Of a DNA stretch of 64,000 nt, positions 58,583 to 64,000 are shown piece by piece (positions within the stretch are counted from its first letter, which is position 1; every line of letters starts with the position of its first letter). Below the pieces are notes generated by a model that did not search any database, was not told the DNA's origin, and was given only the letters and a program-made list of their open reading frames with translations. The position numbers were made by a program, and so were the translations under genes. This DNA comes from Escherichia coli (lineage in GTDB: Bacteria > Pseudomonadota > Gammaproteobacteria > Enterobacterales > Enterobacteriaceae), in the NCBI RefSeq assembly GCF_022846255.1, contig NZ_AP025682.1. One strand, given 5' to 3'.

Positions 58583-58978
58583 TTATTGCATTCTGGCCAG
58601 GCCGCGCTCTGTCATTTCGGCTGCCACACCGGCAGAGACACGAAACGCCGTTCCCGGCAGCACAAATGCCACAGGTTCATCCCGCGTGGCGTGAAGTGCA
58701 TCAGTATGCAGCGTCACCAGTGCCACAACCGTGACCAGATCAGCCGTATCAGTCACGGTATCCGGCTGCGCTGATACCACCTCATTTTCATGTCCGGTCA
58801 GCGCATTTTCCGGGCTGACAGATGTGTCCTGACCGGCAGCGTCATCCGTGTCATCAAGCTCCTCTTCCAGCTCTGCCACACGGAGCACCAGTTCTTCTTT
58901 CGTCCCCGTCAGGCTGACATCACGGTTCAGTTGTTCACCCAGCGAGCGGAGACGGGCAATCAGTTCATCTTTCGTCAT
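58583..58978 (-). CDS. FI: DNA-packaging protein FI
   Basis: Start placed at MTKDELIARLRSLGEQL, preceded by a GGAGGAG Shine-Dalgarno. The ORF-track call extends upstream in frame. Confidence 0.88.
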   Translation of the reverse strand: MTKDELIARLRSLGEQLNRDVSLTGTKEELVLRVAELEEELDDTDDAAGQDTSVSPENALTGHENEVVSAQPDTVTDTADLVTVVALVTLHTDALHATRDEPVAFVLPGTAFRVSAGVAAEMTERGLARMQ

Positions 58979-59018
58979 GGACTCCTCCACAGAGAGAAAT
59001 GGCCCCGAAGGGCCATGA

Positions 59019-60044
59019 TTACGCCAGTTGTACGGACACGAACTCATCAGGATCAGCCAGCAGCATTAGCGGTGCTGACTGAATCATGGTGAACTCACGC
59101 GCCGGATCGCCGGATGTCTTCCAGTTTTTCGGATAACGAGGAGACGCATTAATACCCTCACTCAATGCATCCGCATCCTGAATACAGCCATAGGTGCGCA
59201 GACCGCGAGCCTGAGTGTTCCCCAGCACCATCGTGTTGTCCGGCAGGAAGTTCTTTTTGACGCCGTTTTCCACGTACTGTCCGGAATACACGACGATGGC
59301 CACATCGCCATACATTCCCTTATAGGACACCGCTTTGCCCAGGTCTTTTACCGCTGTCTCCAGCTCGGAATGAGAGCCGCGACGGGTATCCAGCTTCTCC
59401 CTGACGGCTTTGAAGGAACGGAACAGCGCCCAGCCTTTCGGATCGAACACGATGATATTCACCACACCGCTGGCGTTCAGCGCGTAGGCTTCGATATCGT
59501 CGGTCGGGTCATACGTGGACTTGTCACGCTTGCTCCACTCCGTGCCGCCGGACTGCGTGATGTTATTCGCCGCACTGCGGCCCATATCCACCTCAACCGG
59601 ATCGAAGGCTTCACCGGTCATGGTGTATTTGCCCTTAAGCACGGCAGAAACTGCCTGCATCTCTTCGACCTGGGCAATGGCCAGCTCTTCGTCACGCATG
59701 TTCTGCATGATGATGCGACGGCGACGGTAAGCCGGATCCGCCAGATTCTGCGGATCTTCATCCGGCAGGCGACGCAGGGTCATCTGCGGATTCACTTCAT
59801 GCTTCGGCTTGACATATCCCGGCGTAAATTCAGAGGTGGAGCCGCCACGGGAGCGGATAACCTCACCGGAAACAATCGGCGAAACGTACAGCGCCATGTT
59901 TACCAGTCCCGGAATTTGTGAGAGATAGACTTTCTCCGTGGTGAAGGGATAGCTCTCACGGAAAAAGAGGCGCAGAAACAGCGGATCAAACTTAAATTTC
60001 TGCTCATTTGCCGCCAGCAGCTGGGCGGTTGTGTACATCGACAT
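59019..60044 (-). CDS. E: Major capsid protein E
   Basis: Start placed at MSMYTTAQLLAANEQKFKFDPLFLR (lambda E-like, about 341 aa). Coordinate derived from the ORF-track frame. Confidence 0.95.
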   Translation of the reverse strand: MSMYTTAQLLAANEQKFKFDPLFLRLFFRESYPFTTEKVYLSQIPGLVNMALYVSPIVSGEVIRSRGGSTSEFTPGYVKPKHEVNPQMTLRRLPDEDPQNLADPAYRRRRIIMQNMRDEELAIAQVEEMQAVSAVLKGKYTMTGEAFDPVEVDMGRSAANNITQSGGTEWSKRDKSTYDPTDDIEAYALNASGVVNIIVFDPKGWALFRSFKAVREKLDTRRGSHSELETAVKDLGKAVSYKGMYGDVAIVVYSGQYVENGVKKNFLPDNTMVLGNTQARGLRTYGCIQDADALSEGINASPRYPKNWKTSGDPAREFTMIQSAPLMLLADPDEFVSVQLA

Positions 60045-60099
60045 AAAAAAATCCCGTAAAAAAAGCCGCACAGGCGGCCTTTAGTGATGAAGGGTAAGG

Positions 60100-60432
60100 T
60101 TAAACGATGCTGATTGCCGTTCCGGCAAACGCGGTCCGTTTTTTCGTCTCATCGCTGGCAGCCTCCGGCCAGAGCACATCCTCATAACGGAACGTGCCGG
60201 ACTTGTAGAACGTCAGCGTGGTGCTGGTCTGGTCAGCATCAACCGCCAGAATGCCAACGGCAGCACCGTCGGTGGTGCCATCCCACGCAACCAGCTTACG
60301 GGTGGAGGTGTCCAGCATCAGCGGGGTCATTGCAGGCGCTTTCGCACTCAATCCGCCGGGCGCGGTTGCGGTATGAGCCGGGTCACTGTTGCCCAGCGGC
60401 TGGTAATGGGTAAAGGTTTCTTTGCTCGTCAT
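60100..60432 (-). CDS. D: Capsid decoration protein D
   Basis: Start placed at [12 protein letters not shown] (about 110 aa). Confidence 0.93.
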   Translation of the reverse strand: MTSKETFTHYQPLGNSDPAHTATAPGGLSAKAPAMTPLMLDTSTRKLVAWDGTTDGAAVGILAVDADQTSTTLTFYKSGTFRYEDVLWPEAASDETKKRTAFAGTAISIV

Positions 60433-60441
60433 AAACATCCC

Positions 60442-61741
60442 TTACACTGGTGTGTTCAGCAAATCGTTAACGGCATCAGATGCCGGGTTACCTGCAGCCA
60501 GCGGTGCCGGTGCCCCCTGCATCAGACGATCCAGCGCAGTGTCACTGCGCGCCTGTGCACTCTGTGGTGCTGCGGCCAGAATGCGGCGGGCCGTTTCCAC
60601 GGTCATTCCGGGGGTTTCTGCCAGCACGCGTGCCTGTTCTTCGCGTCCGTGAGCCTCCTCACAGTTGAGGATCCCCATAATGCGGCTGTTTTCTGCCGCA
60701 ACCGCTGCGGTGATCTGCGCGTTCACGTCCGGCTGCGCCGCGCTGGCGTTCTCGCCCTCCGTCGCTGGCACCACGCCAGTAACGTCAGCCTGCGAAGCAG
60801 TGGCTGAAACAGTTGTTGATTGAGTCTCTTTGGTCATTCGCCCTCCTGAGAGACGGGATTTACGTGCATCCAGTGCATCACGCATGACGGTGATCGCATC
60901 GGTACTGTTAACAAGTTCATCAGCCAGTCCGGCATCAATGGCCTCCTGACCGCTGTACACTGCAGCCTCGGTATCCAGCACAGCCTGCACGGACAGGCCG
61001 GTATATGCCGACACCTTCTGTGCAAACATCCGGCGGGTTGCATCCATCCGGGACTGCAGTGTTTCCCGGACATCATCCGGTAGATGGCTGTAGGGGTTGC
61101 CATCCACCTTATGGCTGCCGCTGTAAATCAGCGTGATTTCCACGCCCTGTTTCTCCAGCGCAGCACCGTAATTACTGTGAGCCATCATGACGCCGATGGA
61201 GCCTGTCCGGGCGGTCTGCGTGACCAGACGTCGGGAGGCGGCGCTGGCAAGCAACTGACCTGCACTGCAGTTCATGTCGTTGGCCAGCGCCCATACCGGC
61301 TTTATGTCACGCACACGGGCGATGATGTCAGCGCAGTCAAATGCCCCTGCCACCATCCCGCCTGGCGTATCCATATCGAGCAGAATGCCGTCCACCATCG
61401 GGTCGCTGGCAGCCTGTTGCAGACGGGCGATAATGCCGTTGTAACCGGTCATCCCCGAATACGGCTGCAGCGCTCGCGTCCGACTGACCAGCGTGCCGGA
61501 CACCGGCAGCACGGCGATGCCGTTCATGACCTGATAACTGCGGGCCTGTCGTGGTCCGTCATCATCAACGGATAACGCCAGCGCCGCGGGTGCCTCTCCG
61601 GCAGTCAGGCTGTCGCCGGATACCGCATCCGTCATGCGGCTGATCCCAAGCTGGCCTGCAAGCGCACAAAAGAAAACCCGCGCATAGGCGGGTTCAAGCA
61701 TCAGCGGCTCATTAAAGGCCATACTGGCAATATGCGGGAGA

Positions 61742-61761
<20 letters not shown>
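60442..61761 (-). CDS. C: Capsid assembly protease C, with nested in-frame scaffold Nu3
   Basis: Start placed at a GTG preceded by GGAGGAG (VTAELRNLPHIASMAFNEPLML), overlapping the 3' end of B. ClpP/SppA-like protease region. The Nu3 scaffold is expected from an internal in-frame start, not mapped here. Confidence 0.88.

Positions 61762-64000
<2,239 letters not shown>

Overview
Escherichia coli chromosomal segment, in reverse orientation relative to the K-12 map, that runs into a lambda-like prophage. Positions 1-35240 are conserved backbone: csgDEFG, ycdZ-ycdY-ycdX, ghrA, tRNA-Ser (serX), phoH, efeUOB (efeU intact), putP/putA, rutR and rutABCDEFG, ymdF, wrbA, yccJ, agp (with an in-frame amber stop in the signal peptide), cbpA-cbpM, torD-torA-torC, torR and torT. 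torS is not present where K-12 has it; instead there is an accessory block: an MFS transporter, a secreted alpha/beta hydrolase and a LysR regulator (35767-39332), then a sharply AT-rich islet (about 39333-42797) carrying one 592-aa gene. That gene encodes an N-terminal P-loop NTPase-like domain fused to a C-terminal zinc-dependent dCMP/cytidine-deaminase domain, the architecture of AvcD / kinase-Dcd nucleotide-depletion anti-phage proteins, and is the most interesting candidate in the window. From about 42800 to the window end the minus strand carries a syntenic lambda late-gene module (tail-fibre genes, stf, lom, J, I, K, L, M, H, G/T, V, U, Z, FII, FI, E, D, C, B, W and the 3' end of A). 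No CRISPR array, IS element, integrase or rRNA was seen. Gene names are assigned by recognition of the translated ORFs and remembered K-12 gene order; no database search was run. Coordinates of motifs read by eye may be off by 1-2 nt.
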